This document shows positions 26,728 through 35,867 of a DNA stretch of 64,000 bases, piece by piece (position 1 is the first letter of the stretch; every line of letters begins with the position of its first letter). Below the pieces are notes generated by a model. The model was not told the origin of the DNA, did not search any database, and saw only the letters and a list, made by a program, of their open reading frames with translations. Location: the IMG/VR virus record IMGVR_UViG_3300045974_000462, positions 2,974-66,973 of that record; one strand, written 5' to 3'. The DNA comes from a virus. A program made the position numbers and the translations under genes.

Positions 26728-26755
26728 GGGGAGCCTTCGGGCTCCTCTTTTTTTT
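26728..26755 (+). terminator. Terminator
   Basis: gggagcc-ttcg-ggctcct-ctttttttt. Confidence 0.8.
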
Positions 26756-26763
26756 CGTCTCCA

Positions 26764-26835
26764 GGGTGGTGCGACCATTCTGCGGCATCTTGTTCTTACC
26801 GAGCCTACGGCTCTATCCCATTTGGAGGTGTCTTC
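26764..26835 (+). promoter_or_regulatory. Promoter cassette copy 10
   Basis: TGCGAC(26770) core, GAGCC-TAC-GGCTC hairpin, RBS. Confidence 0.8.
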
Positions 26836-27216
26836 ATGTTCCGTCCTGCTCTCTCGACTCTCGTTGTTGGCGACAAGGCTTTCTACAGCACTCGTCATGG
26901 TTCTCGCGTCATTGCTCCGGTGATCAAGATCACCAAGACCCAGATCACGGTCGGTTCTGGCAATTCGGTCAAACGCTTTATGCTGGACAACGGTCGCGAG
27001 GTCGGCGGATCGACGTACCACTCGGCTCATCTCTGTGTCCTTACCGCTGAGGACGAGGTCAACGTGGTTGCCGAAATGGAGCGGAATGCGCTGATTCGCA
27101 AGGCGCAGGATCTTGTGGACAAGGTGGCCGGTATCAGTTGCCGTCGCGAAGAGAACGACCGGCTGGAGGCCATCATCGCGGCGCTCTCTCCTCTCTTCTC
27201 GGGGGTGTCTCCGTGA
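26836..27216 (+). CDS. Hypothetical beta-barrel-like protein
   Basis: VVGDKAF..VIKITKTQITV. Confidence 0.75.
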   Translation: MFRPALSTLVVGDKAFYSTRHGSRVIAPVIKITKTQITVGSGNSVKRFMLDNGREVGGSTYHSAHLCVLTAEDEVNVVAEMERNALIRKAQDLVDKVAGISCRREENDRLEAIIAALSPLFSGVSP

Positions 27217-27485
27217 CGCGGGATTTGCACTTTGCGGAGTGGGGAAACGGGACGCAGTACGGTCCCTCGTGGGTCGGTCCTCGGTACCGGTATGGCTATC
27301 GTAACCGGCCATTCGCCTATGCGCATCAACCGGACGGTTTTCTGGGTGGTCCCGGTGCGATTGACAGTAACTTTCGCGATCCGGTGGCGGGCATCCGTCA
27401 CGGCTGGATCGACTATCCGTTTGAACTGACGGAGCGCGAGGTCGATGCGTATGAGTTGGTTCCGATGGGGGAGGTGACGGTATGA
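27213..27485 (+). CDS. Hypothetical protein
   Basis: YGYRNRPFAYAHQPDG...YPFELTEREVDAYEL. Confidence 0.65.
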   Translation: MTRDLHFAEWGNGTQYGPSWVGPRYRYGYRNRPFAYAHQPDGFLGGPGAIDSNFRDPVAGIRHGWIDYPFELTEREVDAYELVPMGEVTV

Positions 27486-27621
27486 GTTTCGACGACGGTA
27501 ATTATAACGACCGGGAGTCTTTTCCCTGTCCGTGCGGCGGCGACGTCGTGTTCTTTGAGGATACCGGACTCTGGATCTGCCAAGAGTGCGGGTGTCTTCC
27601 GGGGATGTTGGAGGCGAAACC

Positions 27622-27888
27622 ATGAGTGAGTTCGACGTAAAATTGCCGGGGTGGAATGTCGCTATGACCGTCGAGAGGGCGCTGGCGGTCCAGTCGGAGC
27701 AGTTGGATTGGTATTGCCGTAATCTGTCGCCGGAGAAAGCGGCGGCGCTGCGGGAGCAGGCAGCGCTCCGTACCTGCGTCCGAGATCTGGTTCCTGGTCA
27801 GGAGTATCCGGTGACGTTCATTAATCGGTTCGTGCCTCGTGGCGGGAGCATCGAGTCGCTGCTTGGTATCGATGGAGGTGGACCATGA
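27622..27888 (+). CDS. Hypothetical protein
   Basis: GGAGG RBS, coupled. Confidence 0.55.
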   Translation: MSEFDVKLPGWNVAMTVERALAVQSEQLDWYCRNLSPEKAAALREQAALRTCVRDLVPGQEYPVTFINRFVPRGGSIESLLGIDGGGP

Positions 27889-28358
27889 CTGGTCATGCTT
27901 CAGAGATGGTGCTGTGTCGCATTCATGCTGCGCTGGATGCTCTTGGTGTCCCTGAACATGGCGGGAAAACAAGGACGGGCAGGTACCGGCTGGTGGCCAC
28001 TAAAACCGGTTACTCGGATGGCCGGATTTCGGACCTGCTCAACGGTAAGGGTGGCATAAGCGTCCGCTTTATTACTGTTTTCTGTAACGCCTTCGGGGTG
28101 CGTCGGGATTTCGTTCTTTATGGGATGGGACCGATACTGGTTGGTGTGGTATCGGCTGCGCCAGACTCGCTGCCGTGGTCGCGGCTGTTCGCTGCCGGGT
28201 GGCGCATCGTCGGCCTGAATCATTACCGGCTCCGGGGGGTGACGTATCTGTTCTGCGCCATGACCAAGGACGATCGCTGCATTGTGGCGGAGCATGCCTG
28301 CGATGCCGAGGTGTTTGCCGAGTTGGAAAAGAAGGCGGGCCTGGGGGGTGGTCCATGA
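27885..28358 (+). CDS. XRE-type HTH protein
   Basis: LVATKTGYSDGRISDLLNGKGGIS...FCNAFGVRRDFVLYG. Confidence 0.7.
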   Translation: MTGHASEMVLCRIHAALDALGVPEHGGKTRTGRYRLVATKTGYSDGRISDLLNGKGGISVRFITVFCNAFGVRRDFVLYGMGPILVGVVSAAPDSLPWSRLFAAGWRIVGLNHYRLRGVTYLFCAMTKDDRCIVAEHACDAEVFAELEKKAGLGGGP

Positions 28359-28630
28359 TCACCAGTAGGGTCGGTTGTCGGACGTGGTCTGCTGAAATCC
28401 GGGAGCAGGGGTATCGAGAAACGCGGACGGTATTCTTTCAGGCGTTCTATCGGGCGTGGTTCTTCTTCGGTGTCCGGGTGTGGTCGTTCGACCTGTTCGC
28501 CGAGGAGGTTCCCATCTGGGCGAAGGCGCAGCTATCCTGTATCGGCTGGACCGATTGGAAGTCGGCGGCTCCGCAGTGGATGCATGACGAGGCAAATAAA
28601 AACGCGAGACCGCGAGGGGGTGGGCTGTGA
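28355..28630 (+). CDS. Hypothetical protein
   Basis: ATGA-coupled. Confidence 0.5.
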   Translation: MITSRVGCRTWSAEIREQGYRETRTVFFQAFYRAWFFFGVRVWSFDLFAEEVPIWAKAQLSCIGWTDWKSAAPQWMHDEANKNARPRGGGL

Positions 28631-28756
28631 GAGACCGTATCGTTATCGCCTGTTTCAATCATCGGTACTGGAGTGGCAATAATCCGGATCGCTTCTATCT
28701 GGTGGTGGATGTGGGGAAAGACGTCTATTTCTACGACAGCATGGAGGGGTGACACC

Positions 28757-29047
28757 ATGACCGATCAGGAAACTCTGCAAAAGCTGACCGCCAAGTACGA
28801 GGCGGTGGAGGCGCGGCGCAGGCTGGCGGAAACTCCCAAGGAAAGGCGCGACCTGTATCGGGAGGCCAGCAGGCTCGACCGGCTGATTGGCAAGCTAAAG
28901 GATAAAATGCGGCCTGGGGATATCCCCATCCCGGTGTTTGTCCGCAATGGGGATATATTTGAAACCGAGAACTGTTACGTGGGTCCGACTCAGTATGGGT
29001 CGTCTCTGGGTGACGGGTGCTATTGGCGGAAGTCGGGGCATCATTGA
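28757..29047 (+). CDS. Hypothetical protein
   Basis: GGAGG RBS; ends at bidirectional terminator. Confidence 0.6.
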   Translation: MTDQETLQKLTAKYEAVEARRRLAETPKERRDLYREASRLDRLIGKLKDKMRPGDIPIPVFVRNGDIFETENCYVGPTQYGSSLGDGCYWRKSGHH

Positions 29048-29051
29048 CAAC

Positions 29052-29088
29052 AAAATGCCGGAGGCGATTGCTCGCTTCCGGCATTTTT
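29052..29088. terminator. Bidirectional terminator
   Basis: AAAATGCCGGAGGCGA-TTGC-TCGCTTCCGGCATTTTT. Confidence 0.85.
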
Positions 29089-29105
29089 GCGTTCTGTGTT
29101 CGGGG

Positions 29106-29756
29106 CTACCTGTTGCTCCACGTCTTGGTGTGGACGTGGTTCTCGCCTCGGTTGCTCCATGTTCCGTATTGGTTGTGCTCGCTGGCGTCGACCTTCTGCC
29201 ATTTGGGTCGGGTGGTCGGCTTTTTGTCAGCTTTTGCGGTATGGTGTTCTGCCATCTTCTGGTGGTATCTTTCCGTTTCCTTGTCCAGTGCCTTCCCCGC
29301 TGCTCGGCGGTGCGCCATCGCTGCGGCGTTGTGGGAGGCGTAGTCGTCGGCCTCTCCGCTGGCGATCTCGGCTTTCTCTCGGCGGTCCTGATAGAGACCG
29401 TGCAGTGCGTTCCTGCTATTGGTATGCGCCGTTGGCGCTCCCTTCGCGGAGACGTTGCTGACGGCTCCGCTCTGGCTGGTCCGGGTGTATGCGCGGTGGT
29501 GCGCGGCCTGCTGTTCGTGGTATTTCTTGGCGCTGCGTTCACCGTGTTGCGCCGACAGGTCCGCTGCGTTCTGGTGCAGGTCGGCAGCGTATTTGTGGGC
29601 TTCCGGTGTCCCGGATTGATTGGCTCCGTGCGAGGCAGATTCCGCTGCGTCGGTTTCCGAGTTCATCTGATGCAGGGCTTGTGCCGAATGTTCCCTGTAT
29701 CCCTTTTTCAGCAGCTCGACCGCTGCTCCGGTTGCCATCGCTATGGCCTTCTCCAT
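29106..29756 (-). CDS. Tagged His/Ala-rich putative internal head protein
   Basis: MEKAIAMATGAAVELLKK...HHRAYTRTSQSGAVSNVSAKG. Confidence 0.75.
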   Translation of the reverse strand: MEKAIAMATGAAVELLKKGYREHSAQALHQMNSETDAAESASHGANQSGTPEAHKYAADLHQNAADLSAQHGERSAKKYHEQQAAHHRAYTRTSQSGAVSNVSAKGAPTAHTNSRNALHGLYQDRREKAEIASGEADDYASHNAAAMAHRRAAGKALDKETERYHQKMAEHHTAKADKKPTTRPKWQKVDASEHNQYGTWSNRGENHVHTKTWSNR

Positions 29757-29773
29757 CCCTTCGATTTATTTCA

Positions 29774-29801
29774 TTGCCGTCTCCTCGTTGTCTGATATAA
29801 T
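29774..29801 (+). promoter_or_regulatory. Sigma70 extended -10 promoter, antisense to the late operon
   Basis: TTGCCG-16-TATAAT with TGn; ATG follows 6 nt after the -10. Confidence 0.55.
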
Positions 29802-29807
29802 CCTGCC

Positions 29808-30059
29808 ATGAATCCTTCCGCTCTCCATCCCCTGCAGAATCCTGACCGCCAGTCGTTCGCGCTCCGCCTTGGGTGGCGCGAGGGTTGCCGGTCCTTCGCT
29901 ACTCGTCCCTGTCATGACCTCGTGTTCGGCGATATCGGCCTGCGCCTCGACTGTCGACAGTTCCCTCACCGGACCGATTGCGTCGGGTGCTCCGTCTGCC
30001 CTAAGTGCGGCGCGAGGGAGTTTACCGACTTCTGCTGGCGCTGCGGGATGTACGGTTAG
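29808..30059 (+). CDS. 83-aa Cys-rich (double Zn-ribbon-like) protein, probably leaderless
   Basis: CVGCSVCPKCGAREFTDFCWRCG. Confidence 0.45.
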   Translation: MNPSALHPLQNPDRQSFALRLGWREGCRSFATRPCHDLVFGDIGLRLDCRQFPHRTDCVGCSVCPKCGAREFTDFCWRCGMYG

Positions 30060-30061
30060 CC

Positions 30062-31075
30062 TTACTGGTTGTCGTAGAGCATCTTCCTGACCTCGTCCAC
30101 TACGGTCTCCGCGCCATCCCGTCCATTAAAAAGCAGTCTTCTCGCGTCGTCGAGGCGTTCCGATCCCTGCGTGAATACCTGTTTATCCTTCCCGCTCATC
30201 GTGGCTGCGGCTTGCTCCATCCTGCGCGAGATGTCGGTGAGTTTCTGTCGTACGGCGTCTGCATCGTGAAACTGCAGGCTCGACAGGTCTCCTCGGATGT
30301 CCCGGTGGATCTGCTCCCTGTTGGCGGTAGTCGTTGGCGTCATCCCTCTCGCCAGTTCATGCATTTTCGCTATGGCGCTGTGGGCCTCCATTTTGTACCG
30401 GTGGCGGTCCGCCGTGGCGTAGTTCCCGGCCATTTCCGCATTGTCGGCCTTATGCTCGTAGACGCTCGACTGTGACCAATGGTGCGCCTCTGCTGCGGCG
30501 TGGTCGGCTTTGTCCCATCCTAGCGATCCGAAATGGTTAGCGACTGCTTGGCCGTGGGCTCTCGTGACGTTGCCTCGGTCGGGGTCGCCGTCTGAGTTGT
30601 GCGTCGACTCGATGTCGTATGCCGAGTGCGAAATCGCGGGCGTGGTATCGGCGGAGAACTTTGCGGGTTGTTCCACTTGCCGGTTGATGGTGGTCCGTGG
30701 TTTCCGTGGCGGCTTCATTCTGCCAGCTATGGCGTAGTGGTGCATCGCGGCTTCGCTATGGGCGTTTGGGTCGCTGGCGTCTCCGCTGTTACCGAATGCT
30801 TTTTGATGGGCTCTGAAGGCGTCGATGTGGTCCTGGTGGGTTCCGCTGTAGTTCGCCTTGCGGGTTGCCTCGTTTGCGGCTGCGGCGTCTGCCGACAGTG
30901 GGGCTCTCCCTCTGGCTGCGACGGTGCTCACGTGACCGCTCTGGTTGGTCCTGGTGTATGCGACGTGGTGGGGCTCGGGCGATCCACCGAATAACGACAG
31001 TTGCTCGCTCTTTTTCAGCAGCTCGACCGCTGCTCCTGCGGCCTGCTGGATTGCCTTGTTTAGTTCCGTGGTCAT
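30062..31075 (-). CDS. Tagged His/Ala-rich putative internal head protein
   Basis: ELNKAIQQAAGAAVELLKKSEQLSLFGG..HHVAYTRTNQSGHVSTVAARG. Confidence 0.8.
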   Translation of the reverse strand: MTTELNKAIQQAAGAAVELLKKSEQLSLFGGSPEPHHVAYTRTNQSGHVSTVAARGRAPLSADAAAANEATRKANYSGTHQDHIDAFRAHQKAFGNSGDASDPNAHSEAAMHHYAIAGRMKPPRKPRTTINRQVEQPAKFSADTTPAISHSAYDIESTHNSDGDPDRGNVTRAHGQAVANHFGSLGWDKADHAAAEAHHWSQSSVYEHKADNAEMAGNYATADRHRYKMEAHSAIAKMHELARGMTPTTTANREQIHRDIRGDLSSLQFHDADAVRQKLTDISRRMEQAAATMSGKDKQVFTQGSERLDDARRLLFNGRDGAETVVDEVRKMLYDNQ

Positions 31076-32262
31076 GGTCCTTTCCTCCTGAGTAGTAGTG
31101 CGGCAAACGCCTTGACCAGCTTGCGCCAGAGCACTCGGTTGCGTTTCGGGTCAAACTTCATTCTGTCCGCGATGTAACCGGTAACCACGGAGTAATAACT
31201 TCCGCTGGCGTCCTTCCTGGCCTCCACGACGTGGATCTTCTGCCTGCCGTCGTGCTCCGAAACGAGCGCGATCCGGTTACCGTCGAGGGCGTATATGACG
31301 TTAAAATTGGCGAGCACGTCGGCGACAAAGGCTTGCTCATCGGGGTATCCTGCGGCCTTGATTTCCGCTCCGTGCTGCTGCCGGATGTGCTCCAGTCCGA
31401 ATCCGCGATGATCGTCGATCTGCTTGCCTTGGGTCAGGCGGATCGTGGTCGCTCCCATCTTCTTGGCGACCTCGGGCGGTATCTGGTAGTCGTGGACCGG
31501 GGCGTCGGGGTTACTGCGGGTCTCTGGCTTTCTGTTGCCTCCCAAGACAACGATCTCGGTTTCGATGATGTTGCCATGTCCTGTTGCCGGGGTGCTGAAG
31601 ATGTAGCGTGCAGGGATGTCTGCCTCGACCACTTCTCCGCCTGCCTCCTGTCTTACCCAGCTATCGTCAAGAGCCCAGCAGGAGAAGGTCTTGTCCTCTG
31701 CCATCCCGCCTTTGCGGTGCGCGTGGACGCTGGTGATGCCTCGCTCCTTGAGCCACTCCTGCGTGGTGTCGTAAATAGTCGATCCTAACGAGTGGAGGCA
31801 GCGGGTGATTCCCTCTTTTCCGTTGTCCTTGCACCATTGTTCGATTCTTGCGGCCTTGTCGTATTCGGGGGTATTGAGTCCGGCGTGTCTGGCGGCGTAG
31901 TTCATTATCACGCTGTTCTCGTTACCTCCGGCGCTTCCGGTGTGCTCTTTAAGCAGTTGGTAGATGACTGCCTCTTTGCGGTATTCGGTGCTCGCTTCCG
32001 GCTTGAATTTATAACCGCTGTATGCGGTGTACTCATCGAGGTCTTTGCGGTCAACGTCCCACCGTGCTGCCACTTTTTGTGCGGTCTTTTCTATGTGTCC
32101 GTACATCGACAGGTCATGTCCGTCCTTCAGGTCGTGCTTGGTGAGGGTGCGCGTCTCGGGTTTTCGCTGGCGGCGGTCGTCGTAGGCGCGGACGGTGCCG
32201 CTGGCTCCGGAGGCGTAGTGGCGCTCGTGCTGGTCGACGTGGGACTTTATAAGCAGGCGCAT
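31072..32262 (-). CDS. Tagged polyvalent protein: ADP-ribosyltransferase-like domain plus PBECR-like RNase
   Basis: MRLLIKSHVDQHERHYASG tag; HR..FSCW..IPARYIFST..TG.G..ETEIVVLG (R-S-E); IRLTQG..GFGLEHIRQQH...YYSVVTGY. Confidence 0.7.
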   Translation of the reverse strand: MRLLIKSHVDQHERHYASGASGTVRAYDDRRQRKPETRTLTKHDLKDGHDLSMYGHIEKTAQKVAARWDVDRKDLDEYTAYSGYKFKPEASTEYRKEAVIYQLLKEHTGSAGGNENSVIMNYAARHAGLNTPEYDKAARIEQWCKDNGKEGITRCLHSLGSTIYDTTQEWLKERGITSVHAHRKGGMAEDKTFSCWALDDSWVRQEAGGEVVEADIPARYIFSTPATGHGNIIETEIVVLGGNRKPETRSNPDAPVHDYQIPPEVAKKMGATTIRLTQGKQIDDHRGFGLEHIRQQHGAEIKAAGYPDEQAFVADVLANFNVIYALDGNRIALVSEHDGRQKIHVVEARKDASGSYYSVVTGYIADRMKFDPKRNRVLWRKLVKAFAALLLRRKGP

Positions 32263-33125
32263 AGGGTTTGCTCCTTCGCGGCTCTTATCTTCCTTCTCCG
32301 TTCGCGGTTGTATTCAACCATTTTCGCGTACTGCTCCGGTTGCTCTATCTTAATTTTCTGGAATGCGACCTTTTTCTTGGCGAGTATGGCGTCCCTTGTC
32401 TTGGCTCGGTACTGCTTTCGGTATTCTGTGAATCGTTCCTTGTTTTGCGAGTCGTACTCTTTTTTCTTGTCGGGATTTTCTTTTCTCCGTTTTTTTGCTC
32501 CATCTCTGTTGCGCTTTTTCCTTCGTTCTTCCCTGAACTGGTCGTCGACCTGCTGGAGTCCTTCTTTCCTGAAACCCGAGACTTGGTTGATTCCGAGTTC
32601 CTTTTCGGTCAAAACTACATAAACGATTCCCTTCTCTTTCAGGTGTTCTCTGGCAACTTCGTATTTTGCTGTATTCGCTGCGTGGTCTCTTGACCATGCT
32701 GGCTTGATTTCTTCTATCGTTATCCCTGTGGACCGGTTGACGGTGAAGTCTGGGATGTACTTCTTCCCGTTCGGCATGGGTATTGGATCGACTGTTCGTG
32801 TCCACGAAATGACGCTTTCGTCGGCGTCCAGTTGCTGCATCCTGACCAATTCGTATGAGGACATTCCATGTTCCCATTTGCCGGTTTTGGTGGATTGCCA
32901 CCATCCTCCGTTTCCGTGGTAGACTCCCGTTGGCCTCTGCTTGTATGTGGGTACGGCTCTTGCTTCGGAGTGGGTTCGCGTTGCTCCGAATTTATCTAAT
33001 CTGGAATAAATGACTCTCTTGGTAACTCCTAGCCTTTGAGAAATTGCTGATGGTGGCATTTTCTCGTCTCGGTATAATCTTATTATTTCTGCGACTACGT
33101 CGTTACTGGTTGTGTTGGTTCCCAT
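32247..33125 (-). mobile_element. Free-standing TnsA-N-like PD-(D/E)XK homing endonuclease with HTH and basic coiled coil
   Basis: SSYELVRMQQLD..YIPDF..IEEIKP; lower GC; overlaps both neighbours. Confidence 0.7.
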
Positions 33126-34321
33126 CCGTGCGCTCCTGCTATGTACTCTCTCACTGGACTACAGCCACACCAAGGGTGCAATGGGCCTGCTGTCGCTTTA
33201 AGTGTTTCTTGGCCGTCCGGTCTTTCTGTTGAGTGTACCTTTCCGCTCCGTGTCGGCATCGGCTTGCGTCCTATGTTATTACCGTTCAATATTAAATCTT
33301 TAAGCCTGAACAGTCTAGGAGTTTGTCCGTCTGCTTCTAACAGTAAATGCTTGCATTGGGCGCAGGCTGTTGGCAGCGGTCTCCTGAAAACTAAGGCGTC
33401 CGGTCCGATGATTCGCATGAGTTCGTGGGCGTGGCCTTGCTTCGTTGCGCTGTTTATTTCAAAAAAAGCCACTCGCTGCCAGTCCCTCGCCTTGTCGTCC
33501 ATCGCGTGGTAAAGTTCGGAGGATAGCTGCTGCCAGTTCGTGATCGGCAGGTCCAGTATCTCCTCGCCGAGTTCCTGCTTCTCTTCCCGGTCAAGGACGC
33601 GGCGGGTCAGGGTCCGCTGGTGGTAGTCGACTGCCATCTGGCGGACGGTGTCGGCCTGCCGTTGAGCCCACTTCTGTCCGACCTCGGTCGCGATGTCATT
33701 GCCGAAGTTCTGAATGTAGAGCCCGGTCTCCCTCTCCGCGACCGCTATGGCGTCGAGGTCCGGCTTCAGTAGCGGCATCTCCTTGCTCAACCGGAGGACG
33801 TCGTGGTATGTCTCCCCTCGCTCGACGGCGTCCCAGAGTCGGCCAAAAATAAACGCGTTCCGGATCAGGTAGGCGTCGGGTCCGGCGACGATCTCCGCAA
33901 AGTTCAGCGGCGTGGTCTCCGGGGGGCATAGTCCCATGTCCTTCCATCGCTGGAGCGTCGGATCGTCCGGCTGGTAGTCCGTCTGCATCTGGCCTGCCAT
34001 GAAGTCGAAGCGGTCCTTGATGGTCTGGAGGACGTCGCGGATCTGGCTGGCGGTCAGGATCACCGACTTCCGCAGGTGGCGACCGGTGCCGACTATCTGG
34101 CGGAGGTCGTCCATTGCTTCCCGGTATCGCTGCTGAAACTGGTAGAAAAGACCGGCGACGGCAGGCTCGCGGGGCTCCTTCGGTTCGTCGTCGCAGGCGC
34201 AGGCTTTGAGGAGTTGACCGGCGACGTCCGGTCCGATGCCGCTGGCGTCAGCGAGTCGGGCGAGTGCCTTGGTCAACTCCTCGGGGCTCAGGTTGTGGTG
34301 TATCGATGCCTTCATGGTCAC
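33095..34321 (-). CDS. MuF/SPP1 gp7-like minor head protein
   Basis: RDWQRVAFFEI, ACAQCKHL, GPLHPWCGC signature. Confidence 0.8.
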   Translation of the reverse strand: MTMKASIHHNLSPEELTKALARLADASGIGPDVAGQLLKACACDDEPKEPREPAVAGLFYQFQQRYREAMDDLRQIVGTGRHLRKSVILTASQIRDVLQTIKDRFDFMAGQMQTDYQPDDPTLQRWKDMGLCPPETTPLNFAEIVAGPDAYLIRNAFIFGRLWDAVERGETYHDVLRLSKEMPLLKPDLDAIAVAERETGLYIQNFGNDIATEVGQKWAQRQADTVRQMAVDYHQRTLTRRVLDREEKQELGEEILDLPITNWQQLSSELYHAMDDKARDWQRVAFFEINSATKQGHAHELMRIIGPDALVFRRPLPTACAQCKHLLLEADGQTPRLFRLKDLILNGNNIGRKPMPTRSGKVHSTERPDGQETLKATAGPLHPWCGCSPVREYIAGAHGWEPTQPVTT

Positions 34322-35397
34322 CTTCTTGCTTGGTGTCGGTGCTGGTTGACCTTCGTTCCGTGGTACTCGTGCTCTTTCTCCAGTCCCTCGTCCTCGGCCA
34401 TCATCCCTGCTTCCTCGTGTGCCGATTCCGCATCCTTATGGTGACCGATCTGCCCGGTCCTGTTCGCCTTGGTAGATAGGGCGTCAGCGGATTTTCTGGC
34501 CGACTGGTATTCCGGTGATCCTGTCTGGCCTTCCTGCTTCGCGATATCCTTTCCGAGCGAGGCGTCCGCCTTGGCCTGATGCTCCTTGGCTTTGACCTTG
34601 TGATCCGCTTCGCCTTCGGAGTCGTAGTCAAGGTGCGCGGCGATGGAGTGCAGGCGGCTGGCCTTTTCGTGGTCGTCCTTTGACCCACTCTTGTTCGCCT
34701 TGGCGCTGGCGGAGTAGGCTTCGTCGCGGGCTTTTGTGGATATCCTGGTGATCCGCTGGACCTCGGCTCCGTGCTCCAGTGCCATCTTGCGGTGGTGTTG
34801 TGCGTGTGTTACCGCTGCGTCAGCCATGTGCTCCGGTCCATCATTGGCGAGTTCCTTGGCGTGATGTTCTGCTCGTTGGTGCTGTTCCATTGCGAGCAGG
34901 TGCATCCCGCTGGCTCTGTTGAGATCCTGTGAGTTATCGAGTTTTTTGTGGCTGGCGTTGTATGCGTGACTGGTCAGGTTGTCTGCGGCAATAGTGGCAC
35001 TGTTGGAATTCTGCACCAGTTTTCCGTCCCTGGCGTAGTTGTGCAGGGACGCGATCGCGCCAAGGTGGCGGCTGGCGGCATGGAGGTGGTTCGATATGTC
35101 ACTGTTGTCTGTTGCCATGTTTGCGGCTTCGACGTGGGAGAATGCGGCGTGGTGGTGCTGTCCTGCTGCTCCCCTTATCTCCTTGCTCGGGGCGTCTCCA
35201 CTGAAAGCGTGGCGGCTGGCGCGGTCGGCGTTTACGGATGCTTCTTGCGATGATTTCCGCTTGTCGTCATAGGCGCGGACCTGGGAGACGGCTCCGGATG
35301 CCGAGTGGCGCTCGTGCTCTTTAACGTGGCTCTTGGCGAGGTTGGCGGAGGCGAATCCCGCGAGGGCAATGGCTTTGACTAGGCTGTCGGTGTTCAT
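34318..35397 (-). CDS. Tagged His/Ala-rich repeat protein
   Basis: LVKAIALAGFASANLAKSHVKEHERHSASGAVSQVRAYDDKR; HxxAxxxHxxA repeats. Confidence 0.8.
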   Translation of the reverse strand: MNTDSLVKAIALAGFASANLAKSHVKEHERHSASGAVSQVRAYDDKRKSSQEASVNADRASRHAFSGDAPSKEIRGAAGQHHHAAFSHVEAANMATDNSDISNHLHAASRHLGAIASLHNYARDGKLVQNSNSATIAADNLTSHAYNASHKKLDNSQDLNRASGMHLLAMEQHQRAEHHAKELANDGPEHMADAAVTHAQHHRKMALEHGAEVQRITRISTKARDEAYSASAKANKSGSKDDHEKASRLHSIAAHLDYDSEGEADHKVKAKEHQAKADASLGKDIAKQEGQTGSPEYQSARKSADALSTKANRTGQIGHHKDAESAHEEAGMMAEDEGLEKEHEYHGTKVNQHRHQARR

Positions 35398-35399
35398 GG

Positions 35400-35855
35400 T
35401 TATCTCCTGTACTTGGTGTTGGCGTGTCGCATCGCATGGTCGTCATGGTGGTCGATCATGTCCTCCATTGCGTCTCTGTCTTCGCCGTGGACATTTTGCA
35501 GGTCGTCCCTGAATGCTTCGGAGGCGTGCGCGTGTATTTTGGACGCGGCGTGGTGCGCTTCTTCCTTGCGTTGCCGGATGGCGTTGTCTGTTGCCTTGTC
35601 GGCCATTTCGCTCATGTTGCCGGAATGGTCCCGCTCGCCGTCCTTGTTGGACTCCATCCGGTCGATGTGCTGGAGTGCTGCGTGGTTGTTGCCTGCGTTG
35701 AGGCAGGCGTTAGCGGCTCTCCGGCTGTCCTCGTATTCCTTGCGGTTGACCGTGGTCCCGCTGGCGTTGGTGTAGGTGGTAGCCTTTACGTGGCTCTTGA
35801 TCAAGCTGGCGGTGGCGCGGGCGGCGTGGTCGATGGCTTTCTGCAGGTCGTTCAT
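35400..35855 (-). CDS. Tagged small His-rich protein
   Basis: DLQKAIDHAARATASLIKSHVKATTYTNASGTTVNRKEYEDSRR. Confidence 0.8.
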   Translation of the reverse strand: MNDLQKAIDHAARATASLIKSHVKATTYTNASGTTVNRKEYEDSRRAANACLNAGNNHAALQHIDRMESNKDGERDHSGNMSEMADKATDNAIRQRKEEAHHAASKIHAHASEAFRDDLQNVHGEDRDAMEDMIDHHDDHAMRHANTKYRR

Positions 35856-35867
35856 GGTGTGGCTCCT

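Noticed and set aside
8048-26815. Cassette cores as CRISPR repeats or integron attC sites
   Set aside because: Spacing is hundreds to thousands of bp with whole genes between copies, there is no attC-type palindrome or integrase, and the layout fits promoter plus RBS.
25918-27312. 464-aa minus-strand ORF (likewise 11115-12080, 10297-10941)
   Set aside because: Low-complexity Arg/Pro shadow across several real plus-strand genes, terminators and promoters.
29766-29969. 67-aa minus-strand ORF
   Set aside because: GTG start without a nearby RBS; the overlapping plus-strand ORF has a promoter and a Cys motif. Not fully excluded.
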